Shown here: positions 10,338-19,226 of the stretch, in pieces
How the letters are laid out: each line of letters begins with the position of its first letter
How positions within the stretch are numbered: position 1 is the stretch's first letter
The notes under the pieces: model-generated
The model's database searches: none
What the model was told of the DNA's origin: nothing
Seen by the model: only the letters and a program-made list of their open reading frames with translations
IMG/VR virus record: IMGVR_UViG_3300036715_001702
From: an uncultured virus (IMG/VR IMGVR_UViG_3300036715_001702)
Taxonomy: Duplodnaviria > Heunggongvirae > Uroviricota > Caudoviricetes
DNA: 64,000 nt
Strand: one strand, 5' to 3'
Made by a program: the position numbers and the translations under genes

Positions 10338-11885
10338 ATGAATTTCAAGAATATCAAGATTGACTCTGTCCTACACGAAAACTTAAAATCCTTCTGCAAG
10401 GATAAAGGTGTTTTCATCCAGGAATGGATAGAGAATATTATTTCTGAAAAAATAAAAAATAAAGACAAAACAATGTTTAGTAAAACTATTAATGAATTTG
10501 ATTTCATTGCAATCCAACAAATTGCAGAGAATTTAAATTCTGTTTCTTATTTCAGCCCTTCTTTTGAAACTACAGAAATTCCGTATCATTTAGAAAATGA
10601 CGTTACTTATTCTGGTAGTATGTCAATGCATATGAATAAAATAGAATTAGATCTTAAAATTGAAACGTTTGAAAACGAAGAATTATTCAGATCCAAAATT
10701 TCAGAATATATTTTAGATCTTGTCAAACAAGCTCCATCTGATTTCGAAGATTTGATATATCTAGAACCAAAAAATGATGATTCTATCAAAAAGATAATTT
10801 ATAAAATCATAAGTTCTTGTAATAACATAGCTTTAAAATCAAGATTAGGTCCTGCTAATTATATTTTTATGAATCCAGAGATTTATAATATTATGATAGA
10901 CTTAAATAATAGAAATATTTTAGGATTCACAACTGAAAAATTAAATAGCGATAAAAAATATTCTTTTTTTATTACAAACTCAGTACTAGCTAATATGAAA
11001 GTCGTAGTAGATAGTTCTTTATCTCTTTTTGATATTTATATTTGTAGATTTTCTTCAGATGTGATCAGTTCAGGTTTGAAATTATTTTATAATTACTTAG
11101 GATGTAATTATGATGAAATTAATTACAGTTTAAGCCATATTAAAGATTATGAAAAGAATTTTTTTACAAAGATAAAATTTGAATATCTAGATAGATCTAA
11201 GAATGATATAGAATATACACACAATCTGCTTAAAAATTCTTTTTTCGATGTAGAATTTTCCACTGATAAAAATTTCAAAGTTGATATATTTTCAAGTGAT
11301 TTAAATACATTTAATATACATGATAATTTCAATCATGATAAAATAAAAAAATATTTTTTAGCTGAACAATTTTCTACATTTAGATCATTTTTATTAGAAC
11401 ATATAAAATTAATGGATGAACATAATTATGATGTTTCTCATATTAAAACTATAAAAGAAATTAATCTTTATATAGATGGAATTTTATCTGTATTTACAGA
11501 AGGAGACCAAACAGATTTTTATATCATTGTTAATGGTTATATATCTTCAAAATTATTTAATGACCATCCTAATTTTATTAAAAATTACAACAATTCTAAT
11601 CTTATATCTAATGTTTCCGTTCCATATCATACAGGTGTGTATATGTTTGAAAATAAAAACATACATATTTATTTTGACCCTTTTATGAAATATAATGATC
11701 ATAGGATCATTCTAATGGATAAAAAAATTAAAGCTAAGATATATAAAGAATCTCATCCTGATGATGAAACGTATGCTAATTATATGACATTAAATGAAAA
11801 TAAAGCTACATATCATTCTGGTATAAATTATGATATGTATGTAAAGGGATGCAAAGTGTTAAATTTTGAAAACTTAAACATATAA
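10338..11885 (+). CDS. Ribbon-helix-helix-like N-terminus fused to degenerate gp23 capsid-like segments
   Basis: KNIKIDSVLHENLKSFCKDKG; SCNNIALKSRLGPANYIFMNP; HIYFDPFM. Confidence 0.5.
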   Translation: MNFKNIKIDSVLHENLKSFCKDKGVFIQEWIENIISEKIKNKDKTMFSKTINEFDFIAIQQIAENLNSVSYFSPSFETTEIPYHLENDVTYSGSMSMHMNKIELDLKIETFENEELFRSKISEYILDLVKQAPSDFEDLIYLEPKNDDSIKKIIYKIISSCNNIALKSRLGPANYIFMNPEIYNIMIDLNNRNILGFTTEKLNSDKKYSFFITNSVLANMKVVVDSSLSLFDIYICRFSSDVISSGLKLFYNYLGCNYDEINYSLSHIKDYEKNFFTKIKFEYLDRSKNDIEYTHNLLKNSFFDVEFSTDKNFKVDIFSSDLNTFNIHDNFNHDKIKKYFLAEQFSTFRSFLLEHIKLMDEHNYDVSHIKTIKEINLYIDGILSVFTEGDQTDFYIIVNGYISSKLFNDHPNFIKNYNNSNLISNVSVPYHTGVYMFENKNIHIYFDPFMKYNDHRIILMDKKIKAKIYKESHPDDETYANYMTLNENKATYHSGINYDMYVKGCKVLNFENLNI

Positions 11886-12020
11886 AATTCAAAAATTTAA
11901 TAATGCTAGTGAATCTCTGCACTATGCTAATCTTAGCAACTAATCATGAAATAGAAACATATAATAAAAGAAAATTCTTACTAATTTCTAAACCTTACTC
12001 AGAATAAAATTTTAAACCAA

Positions 12021-12220
12021 TTGAACTTTTTTACATTTTTACATTATAAGTTAATAACGAAATGAAAAACTTAAAAAAACATATTAAATGTGAATGCACC
12101 GGTAGCGGTAGTTGCAGGAGAGGGATCCTAGCTTGGGATTTATATTTATATGTATTAAAGAAAAATTAAAATATACTAATATAGATGTCCTAGCAAAAAA
12201 GCTAGGGTATTTTTATTTTA
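12021..12220 (+). promoter_or_regulatory. Attenuator 1: promoter, leader ORF, antiterminator and terminator before the Glu/Asp/Gly/Pro tRNAs
   Basis: TTGAAC-N18-TATAAG; ATG AAA AAC at 12062; ttgggatttatatt can pair with aatatagatgtcctag; terminator gtcctagc-aaaaaa-gctagggt plus T-rich tail. Confidence 0.7.
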
Positions 12221-12242
12221 TTTGAATTTGTAAAAAATATAT

Positions 12243-12326
12243 GTTGCATTAGTCTAGCGGTCCAGGACATCAACCTTTCACGTTGATGAACGAAAGTTCT
12301 CGAGTGTTCGAATCCCTCATGCAATA
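12243..12326 (+). tRNA. tRNA-Glu(TTC) with long variable arm
   Basis: Acceptor GTTGCAT/ATGCAAT; tcaac-ctTTCac-gttga; extra gaac-gaaa-gttc arm; TTCGAAT. Confidence 0.88.
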
Positions 12327-12332
12327 CAAAAA

Positions 12333-12404
12333 GGTTTATTAGTGAAATGGTTATCATCCTACGTCGTCAACGTAGAGTTTACAGTTCAATTCTGTGATAA
12401 ACTA
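12333..12404 (+). tRNA. tRNA-Asp(GTC), atypical C33 and A73
   Basis: GGTTTAT/ATAAACT; ctacg-tcGTCaa-cgtag; TTCAATT. Confidence 0.8.
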
Positions 12405-12417
12405 CAAAAATAAAAAT

Positions 12418-12490
12418 GCGTAAATATATCAGTGGTAGATAGCTTTACTTCCAATAAAGAGGCTGGTGAGTTCGATCCTCCCTTTGCGCT
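12418..12490 (+). tRNA. tRNA-Gly(TCC)
   Basis: GCGTAAA/TTTGCGC, U73; cttta-ctTCCaa-taaag. Confidence 0.85.
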
Positions 12491-12500
12491 TTTTAAATAT

Positions 12501-12586
12501 CAGCAGGTCGCGTAGTTAGGCCTATCGCACTGGATTTGGGATCCAGTTCAGAAATGAAATCTTAGGTTTGAATCCTAATCTGCTGA
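12501..12586 (+). tRNA. tRNA-Pro(TGG) with long variable arm
   Basis: CAGCAGG/TCTGCTG; ctgga-ttTGGga-tccag; ttca-gaaa-tgaa arm. Confidence 0.88.
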
Positions 12587-12611
12587 CAATAAAATAAATA
12601 TTAAAACTGTT

Positions 12612-13082
12612 ATGGAAACTAATATAAGAATAAAAAACAGAACTAAAGAAATCGGAACCAGACATCGTAGAAAACTGAAAAAATATTCAGATAACTTCAA
12701 TCTGATGTTTGAATTCTTTTTAAAATCTTACAGATCAGGATTATTGACATTCAGTGGAAGCTATATCGATGTGAGATATGATAGCAATGGCACTTGTGCG
12801 AAAGAAACTTTTAGGCTTTACGAGGATGGATTTTTCAAGAATAAATCTATTATACATACATCGCAACCAAATATAGTTTATGCAGTACTAAATGGTAAAA
12901 AATCTTGGGGTCTTTGGCTGCAGAACTGGACTGATGGTATATCTGAATGTAACTTTACAAAAGATGAAATTCTTGATCAGTTCAAAGATATAAAAATTCC
13001 AGAATCTTTATTGAAGAACTTTGATGATATTATCTTGAAGAAGAAATTGATTAGATATGAAAGAGATTTTCCAAATTTTTAA
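12612..13082 (+). CDS. Hypothetical protein
   Basis: 156 aa ORF after tRNA cluster 1. Confidence 0.7.
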   Translation: METNIRIKNRTKEIGTRHRRKLKKYSDNFNLMFEFFLKSYRSGLLTFSGSYIDVRYDSNGTCAKETFRLYEDGFFKNKSIIHTSQPNIVYAVLNGKKSWGLWLQNWTDGISECNFTKDEILDQFKDIKIPESLLKNFDDIILKKKLIRYERDFPNF

Positions 13083-13133
13083 CATTTACACTTTAAAAAT
13101 TAAACTCTTTTTATTTTTTTTTATATAATTGAT

Positions 13134-13430
13134 ATGGAAAAAATAAATATTTTAAAAGAATCAGACTTATTGGTAAACCATAGATCAGATGAAAAATCCA
13201 GACAATATGGTCCCTTCTCAGAAGGCATGCGTAGAGCTGCTAAGATCCTCTCTGGTATGAGAGGTAAAGAATTTACAGAAGATGATATGTTTGCAGCAAT
13301 GATTGCATTAAAACTAAGCAGAGAATCTTATACTCATAAGACTGATAACCTATTAGATTGTGTTGCATATCTGGGAGCTTGGAACAATTCTATAGATGAA
13401 AGAACACCTGACATTAATACTACAGAATAA
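13134..13430 (+). CDS. DUF6378-like phage protein
   Basis: RQYGPF...MIALKLSRE...DNLLDCVAY pattern. Confidence 0.6.
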   Translation: MEKINILKESDLLVNHRSDEKSRQYGPFSEGMRRAAKILSGMRGKEFTEDDMFAAMIALKLSRESYTHKTDNLLDCVAYLGAWNNSIDERTPDINTTE

Positions 13431-13586
13431 AAAATAATTAAGTGAAGCACTTAAAAATTTGAATGTATACAAATGTCTACTTATTTTAAATCATGGACTT
13501 TTTTCCAAATCACATGTGTTATTTTTTGTGTAGTAAAAAATAATAAAATTCATAAATTTACAATTTTGAGTAAAATTAAAATAATA

Positions 13587-13760
13587 TTGAACTTTTTAAT
13601 ATATTTGCAGTATAAATTAGTAATGAAAAACATTTTTACATATCAACAGCAATATCAACAGCAACCTAAAGTTGAATGCTATTGTATTGTGTAAAAATAA
13701 ATAAAAATATTTAAACAAAATAAAAAAGCTCAACTCAAAAAGTTGAGCTTTTTTATTTTT
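13587..13760 (+). promoter_or_regulatory. Attenuator 2 before tRNA-Tyr, tRNA-Gln and tyrS
   Basis: TTGAAC-N18-TATAAA; agttgaatgct in the leader can pair with agctcaact; terminator aaaaaagctcaact-caaaa-agttgagctttttt. Confidence 0.85.
13623..13694 (+). CDS. Tyr/Gln-rich leader peptide MKNIFTYQQQYQQQPKVECYCIV
   Basis: tat caa cag caa x2; ATG 6 nt after the -10 box. Confidence 0.85.
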   Translation: MKNIFTYQQQYQQQPKVECYCIV

Positions 13761-13764
13761 GTAT

Positions 13765-13847
13765 GGATACGTAGGTAAGTGGTTAAAACAAGAGCTCTGT
13801 AAAAGCTCCGCCTGCGGGCTTCGAAAGTTCAAATCTTTCCGTATCCT
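13765..13847 (+). tRNA. tRNA-Tyr(GTA), U73
   Basis: GGATACG/CGTATCC; gagct-ctGTAaa-agctc; long variable arm. Confidence 0.9.
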
Positions 13848-13861
13848 CAAAATATAAACTC

Positions 13862-13932
13862 TGGTAGATCGTCTAAGGGGAGGACTCAAATTTTTGACAT
13901 TTGCAATGAAGGTCCGATTCCTTCTCTACCAA
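13862..13932 (+). tRNA. tRNA-Gln(TTG)
   Basis: TGGTAGA/TCTACCA; caaat-ttTTGac-atttg. Confidence 0.88.
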
Positions 13933-13950
13933 CAATTTAAAACAAATAAC

Positions 13951-15355
13951 ATGAAAACTGAAACATTTCCACCGAATTCAATAATACCCAAAGAAAAATC
14001 AAGGGTTAAATTTGGCATAGATCCAACATCAGATAAATTACATCTAGGACATCTTGTTCCATTGAGAATGGTTAAAACACTAAAAGAGATGGGCCATACT
14101 ATCGATATAGTTCTCGGCAGTTTTACAGCGATGCTTGGTGATCCTTCTGGCAAAGACAAAATGAGACCTATGCTTTCAGATACAGAAACAAAAGCTAATG
14201 CTGAATCTATCCTGAGCCAAGTCAAGATGATACTTGGCTCAGACATATATAGTAATGTAAAATATTGAAAAATTATCCAACATTTTTTACTTATTGCTTC
14301 ATAGACACCAGTAACCTAGCATCTCCACGATCTTTTAGAACAGTCTCTTGTTCAGGTTCGGGTTTACTCATCCCTACCGAATATTTCATATTCGCACTTT
14401 TCAGTGCGAAAAATGTATTTTTATTACATTTGTTTTACGTATGAATTTGTAAATTTCATACAACCAACATGTCAATGAACATTAATCAATCAATTAATCA
14501 ATTAATAATAGAGTATATATTATACAAAAATGTTTTAGTTTAAATATTTTTATATAAATTGATATAAAATCAGTTACTTAATATTATACATTTCAATCAT
14601 ACATGGTTCGAGAAGATGTCTATTCCTCAGATGATGGACATAGTTTCTAAATTTAATGTTAATCATCTGTTGTCAAGAGATTCGTTTCAAAACAGAATCA
14701 AAAATAATAACAGTATCGGAATCCATGAACTTCTTGTTCCGATCTTACAAGGTTTGGATTCTGTAGAACTTAAATCAGACATCGAAATCGGAGGAACTGA
14801 TCAACTTTTCAATTTTATGATCAGTAGAGAGATGCAAGAAAAATATGGAATGAAACCAGAGATATGCTTGTTTGCTCCTATTATCAATGGTTTGGATGGC
14901 AGAAAGATGTCTAAATCTTTGAACAATTGTATATTCATCAATGACTCTCCAGAAGATGTTTTCGGTAAAACAATGTCCATCTCTGATGAAACAATGCATG
15001 AATGGGTAGAAGTATTTCTGAAGGATCCAAAAAATTCACATGCTTTTGAACTCAAGAAAGAGTTAGCGTTCTCTATCACAGAAGAAATATGGGGAATATA
15101 TTAGCAATCAAAGCTAAAAATCATTTCAGTTCTGTGATTTCATCTAAAAATACACCAGATGATATTCAAGAGATAGAATTCTCTGACATTATATCCATAA
15201 TTTGTTTGATCAGGAAATCATCAAAGACCGCTGCTAGAAATTTATTGATTTCTAATGCTGTTAAAGTGAATGGAAATGTTGCAACTTTGGAAACTATATT
15301 GAAATCTGGAGATGTGATCAAAGTTGGTAAACTTGATCATGTTAAAATGATATAG
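13951..15355 (+). pseudogene. tyrS: Tyrosyl-tRNA synthetase interrupted by insertion element A and a later frameshift
   Basis: GIDPTSDKLHLGH, GDPSGK, GGTDQLFN, KMSKS, C-terminal S4-like domain; insertion at 14252-14584; frame change near 15100. Confidence 0.92.
14252..14584 (-). mobile_element. 333-bp non-autonomous IS element copy A
   Basis: Near-identical reverse complement of 62533-62865; TATA on both flanks; splits tyrS. Confidence 0.92.
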
Positions 15356-15401
15356 AGTGTATTATCATTTTTTTTTATGATTTTTGATTATATTTGTAAC
15401 C

Positions 15402-16184
15402 ATGCAAGAAAAGTTCTGTCTTATAGAAATTTTGAAATCTGATGAACCATCTCAGTTGCTGGAGATTGCTGACACTATTGGTATATTGAATGAACATCTT
15501 CCTGAACTTATTGCTTTGAAAGGTATTGAAACAATTGATGGCATTTCGCATAAGGATAATTATATACATACTTTACAAGTGTTGAAAAATACATGCATTG
15601 TTTCAAGAGATCCTTATTTGAGATTGGTTGCATTGTTGCATGATATAGGCAAAGCTCCTACTAAGAAATTCGAAAATGGCAAATGGTCATTTACAAATCA
15701 CGAGCTTGTTGGAACTTATATGTTGAAAAAGATATTTGAAAGAAATGATATAAATTTCATACACTTCGACTATGTTGAAAAAATCATTCAATATCACGGC
15801 ATAATCAAAGAACTTACAAAACCTGAAGTGACGGATTCGGCAATCAGAAGAATGTGTACAGATCTTGGATATATGTACAATGATGCTATTTTGTTCTGTA
15901 AATGTGATTCGACTACTTCTAAACCTTGGAAGAAAGAGTTACATATGAATGATCTTTCAAAATTGAAAGACAGAGCCGAAGCAATATTGAAAAATGATAA
16001 AGAGAAAGCATACCGGCCGCCTATAGATGCTCATGATATAATGGCTATGTTTCCAGATAAACCTGCAGGAAAGTGGCTCACTGAGGCCAAAGACATTGTT
16101 GTATTTGCTATAAAGAATGGTATCATAAATGAAAACAAAGAAGAAGCACTAAATTTTATTAAAAATTTCATAAACGATAAATAA
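15402..16184 (+). CDS. HD-domain protein resembling the C-terminal part of CCA-adding enzymes
   Basis: HTLQVL, ALLHDIGK, TDSAIRR; no N-terminal NTase head. Confidence 0.8.
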   Translation: MQEKFCLIEILKSDEPSQLLEIADTIGILNEHLPELIALKGIETIDGISHKDNYIHTLQVLKNTCIVSRDPYLRLVALLHDIGKAPTKKFENGKWSFTNHELVGTYMLKKIFERNDINFIHFDYVEKIIQYHGIIKELTKPEVTDSAIRRMCTDLGYMYNDAILFCKCDSTTSKPWKKELHMNDLSKLKDRAEAILKNDKEKAYRPPIDAHDIMAMFPDKPAGKWLTEAKDIVVFAIKNGIINENKEEALNFIKNFINDK

Positions 16185-16596
16185 TCATGGATTTAAAAAA
16201 TTATAAAAATGAAAAAGATTAGAAAAAAATAAGTCAAAAGAAGATTTTTATAGAATGGTAAATCTACTATTGGAAAGAATTAAATCTAATCAATCTATTT
16301 CTGATAATGGAATAATAGATGGTTTGATCATTGGGTTTTTATACACGACAAGTTTTGTAATAGATTTATACCTTGATAAAGAAATGGGTCATATATTAGA
16401 TGGAACTCTACAAAAAATTAGAGCAGATAACTATATGGGTTTCAAATAATGAAGATGAACTATGTTGTGTAGTATTAATAAAGAAGCCTAAAAAAATAAT
16501 ATAAAATGGAAAAAGAAACATCAAGAGAAAAAGCTTGTTAAAAAATCAAACACTCTGAGAAATAAACTATCTGAGATAAGTTCTCAAATTAAAAAA

Positions 16597-16947
16597 TTGG
16601 ATATTGATGATAAGATTAAAAATCTATTGCAGTATGTAGGAAAATGTTTCAAGATATGTGAAAAAACAGAATTTATCAATTGTTGTCATTTATATGAAAT
16701 CAGTAAATCTGAAAATGGAAATATTGATCTTCATGGTATTAATGTTTTTCATTATGATAATGAATCATATTTTGGAATCCGACACGATGATATGTTTCTA
16801 TATGATGTTTTAAATAAAAATTCTACTGTTTCATGGTTGAATGATAACTCAGAAGATTCTGAGTTTATAGAGATAACCAAAGAGGAATTTGATAAACATC
16901 TAGATTTGGTAACAAATTTGATAAAAAGTAAAAATGACATTCGTTAA
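16597..16947 (+). CDS. Hypothetical protein, probably 5'-frameshifted (upstream ATG ~16506)
   Basis: ORF track; broken upstream frame. Confidence 0.45.
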   Translation: MDIDDKIKNLLQYVGKCFKICEKTEFINCCHLYEISKSENGNIDLHGINVFHYDNESYFGIRHDDMFLYDVLNKNSTVSWLNDNSEDSEFIEITKEEFDKHLDLVTNLIKSKNDIR

Positions 16948-17130
16948 GACAGAACCAAAATTTTATAAATCTGATATTGCTGGAAAAGCATACCTTTATG
17001 ATGAGTATCATTTATTTTGATCCTGTCATTCCTATGCGGTCTAAACAACCATAAATAAAATTAATAATTGATTATCTTTGATATTTTAATCATTTTAAAA
17101 TATATAAATCATAAAATAAAACAACTAAAA

Positions 17131-17430
17131 ATGCAAAATATTACCGATCAAGATTACAAAGAAATTTTAAAAAGTAACGAAAAAGTAGCAATCAAGATCC
17201 ATGCAGCATGGTGCTCTCCTTGCAAAGTTTTAGCTCCTATAGTCGAAGAAATCGCTTCAGAAATGACAGAAACATCTTTTTACAGCTGTGATGCAGATCA
17301 GAACAAAGAAATGTTAGCAGAATATGGAATTAGAAATATTCCAGCTATATTGTTCTTCAAAAATGGAGAACTTGTTGATAAGCTTATAGGCAATCAGACT
17401 AAAGCTAAGATTTTAGAAAAACTTAACTAA
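17131..17430 (+). CDS. trxA: Thioredoxin
   Basis: WCSPC active site, IRNIP. Confidence 0.95.
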   Translation: MQNITDQDYKEILKSNEKVAIKIHAAWCSPCKVLAPIVEEIASEMTETSFYSCDADQNKEMLAEYGIRNIPAILFFKNGELVDKLIGNQTKAKILEKLN

Positions 17431-17432
17431 TA

Positions 17433-17468
17433 AAAAAGCCTCAACTAAATATTGAGGCTTTTTATTTT
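17433..17468. terminator. Bidirectional intrinsic terminator
   Basis: aaaaagcctcaa-ctaaata-ttgaggcttttt between convergent genes. Confidence 0.8.
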
Positions 17469-17683
17469 TAATCTCCAGAATCTCCACCATAATCGCTGGT
17501 CGCATCTTTGTCATTGTTTAAATCGATATCAATGATAGAACTTTGTTGATTTATCATATAAGGTGCCATGTTTCCTAATCTGTAATTATTAGTGTTCTGA
17601 TCAGACTTCTTTTTTGAGGATTTTTTCTTTTTCTTATCAGATTTTTTCTTCTCTAATAAGAAATCTTTGAAATTTATGATCAT
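17468..17683 (-). CDS. Small Lys-rich protein with capsid-targeting-like N-terminus
   Basis: MIINFKDFLLE then a poly-Lys stretch. Confidence 0.65.
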   Translation of the reverse strand: MIINFKDFLLEKKKSDKKKKKSSKKKSDQNTNNYRLGNMAPYMINQQSSIIDIDLNNDKDATSDYGGDSGD

Positions 17684-17693
17684 ACGGTTTTAT

Positions 17694-17891
17694 TTATTTT
17701 ATTGAATGTGTTGTAACTATTTGGAATTTAAAACCATCCTCTTCTACAGATTTGATCTCTATGAAGGATTTATCCTTGAATTCGCTGATATCTAATACTG
17801 GCATAGCATTGCTAGAAAATGAATTTCCAGCAACTGTTTCAATTATCTCCTCTTTGGAGTCTTCTATTATTCTGATTTCTGCAGCCATCAA
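17694..17891 (-). CDS. Hypothetical protein
   Basis: 65 aa ORF. Confidence 0.55.
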   Translation of the reverse strand: MMAAEIRIIEDSKEEIIETVAGNSFSSNAMPVLDISEFKDKSFIEIKSVEEDGFKFQIVTTHSIK

Positions 17892-17914
17892 TATTTATAT
17901 ATATTGATGTAAAT

Positions 17915-18229
17915 ATGTCAAGTTCGGTCCAACAAATGTATAATCTCAAGTATCTGGTCATGATGCTTCACAGTAACTATGTCTCTGCATACTATAATGC
18001 ATATGATCTTATACTTCATTTTGATGGATCAGTATATGGTTTAAATGATCTGAACGATGGTGACGAAATAGAAAAACTATTCGAAGCCAAAGACCTCAGA
18101 GTAACTTTTATAGATAAGATATTGAGAACAGAACTAGAAATTGTACAATCTGAACTTCAGTATTATAAGTTGTATGAAACTAATATCTATATCAGAACTT
18201 CGAGAGGATCTATTAATCTTAACTATTAA
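17915..18229 (+). CDS. Hypothetical protein
   Basis: 104 aa ORF. Confidence 0.6.
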   Translation: MSSSVQQMYNLKYLVMMLHSNYVSAYYNAYDLILHFDGSVYGLNDLNDGDEIEKLFEAKDLRVTFIDKILRTELEIVQSELQYYKLYETNIYIRTSRGSINLNY

Positions 18230-18246
18230 TTTATTATTTTTATAAA

Positions 18247-18438
18247 ATGAAATCAGAAATAGCCAAAAAAGCGGAAAATGTTATTTTGAGTTGTCAGAAT
18301 GCTGAACAACTAAAAGTTGCAGAAAATTATGTGAAGCTGTATGAGTTGCAACATAAGACATGTATTTATAATGATGACTTGTTGAAACTTTATACATTGT
18401 TGCAATCAACAGGAATAATGTTCAGATCTGAAAATTGA
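18247..18438 (+). CDS. Hypothetical protein
   Basis: 63 aa ORF. Confidence 0.55.
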   Translation: MKSEIAKKAENVILSCQNAEQLKVAENYVKLYELQHKTCIYNDDLLKLYTLLQSTGIMFRSEN

Positions 18439-18512
18439 TTAAAATAATGTTTATTTTTACACTAAACTCGAGTTTAAAATCTTGATATATAAATCACAAA
18501 ACAAAAATCTAC

Positions 18513-18695
18513 ATGAAAAACATTTTAACAATCATCGCCTCTTTAGCATTATTCATCGCTTGTACATCAACTACACCAGTGCAAGAAGCAGAAACATTAA
18601 CAACTGACACTACAGCTGTTACAACTACAACAATCTCAACGGATTCTATATCAGTTGACACAACAGCTGTTGTTACAACAACATTAACAAAATAA
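18513..18695 (+). CDS. Small Thr-rich lipoprotein
   Basis: Signal peptide with FIAC lipobox; DTTAVTTT repeated; followed by gccacca/tggtggc terminator. Confidence 0.75.
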   Translation: MKNILTIIASLALFIACTSTTPVQEAETLTTDTTAVTTTTISTDSISVDTTAVVTTTLTK

Positions 18696-18848
18696 TTAAA
18701 TATTAATTAATATGTGTTGCCACCATTGAAAAATGGTGGCTTTTTTAGTTTAAATGGAGAAAAAAAGTTATTAACAATTTGAAAATAAGTTGTCCAGCCA
18801 TAAATAATTTTAGTAAATTTGCAATATCAATTTAACATTATAAAAAAA

Positions 18849-19217
18849 ATGGAAGAAACTAAAATAAGCATAAACATAGATGAAGATCTTTTATTAACTT
18901 TGATCTCAAAATATACTGTTGAAATAAACGTATATGGTTTCTCCCCTTTCTTTGAAAAAGCGATTAACGCTAAGGATTTATTAGATGAAATTCACACCGT
19001 TTCAAACTGTAATAAAGATGTTTTTATCGATTATGTTTCATGTTTAAGTTCTAAAGATCATAAAATTAAAAATAAATATGAACGCAATGAAAAAATAGAT
19101 ATATTATTTACTAATATAGAGTTTCCTGGAACTTTCAAAGTCGTAGGACATGAAGATCTTAAAAACTGTCCTTATATCCGTCATAGAAATATCAATAAAA
19201 CAATTAAATTATCTTAA
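18849..19217 (+). CDS. Hypothetical protein
   Basis: ORF after a TAnnTTTG promoter. Confidence 0.6.
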   Translation: MEETKISINIDEDLLLTLISKYTVEINVYGFSPFFEKAINAKDLLDEIHTVSNCNKDVFIDYVSCLSSKDHKIKNKYERNEKIDILFTNIEFPGTFKVVGHEDLKNCPYIRHRNINKTIKLS

Positions 19218-19226
19218 ATAAATATC

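Noticed and set aside
13473..13950. Track ORFs 13473-13694, the 5' extension of 13894, and 61410-61604
   Set aside because: They overlap promoters or tRNAs; the plausible starts are 13623 (leader) and 13951 (tyrS).
14252..14584. Insert in tyrS as a self-splicing intron or IStron
   Set aside because: It lies in opposite orientations relative to its two host genes, and I see no group I core or terminal G.
18513..18745. Thr-rich MKN ORF followed by a terminator as a fourth attenuator
   Set aside because: It has a lipoprotein signal, is 60 aa long, lacks the TTGAAC promoter and an evident antiterminator, and no tRNA follows.
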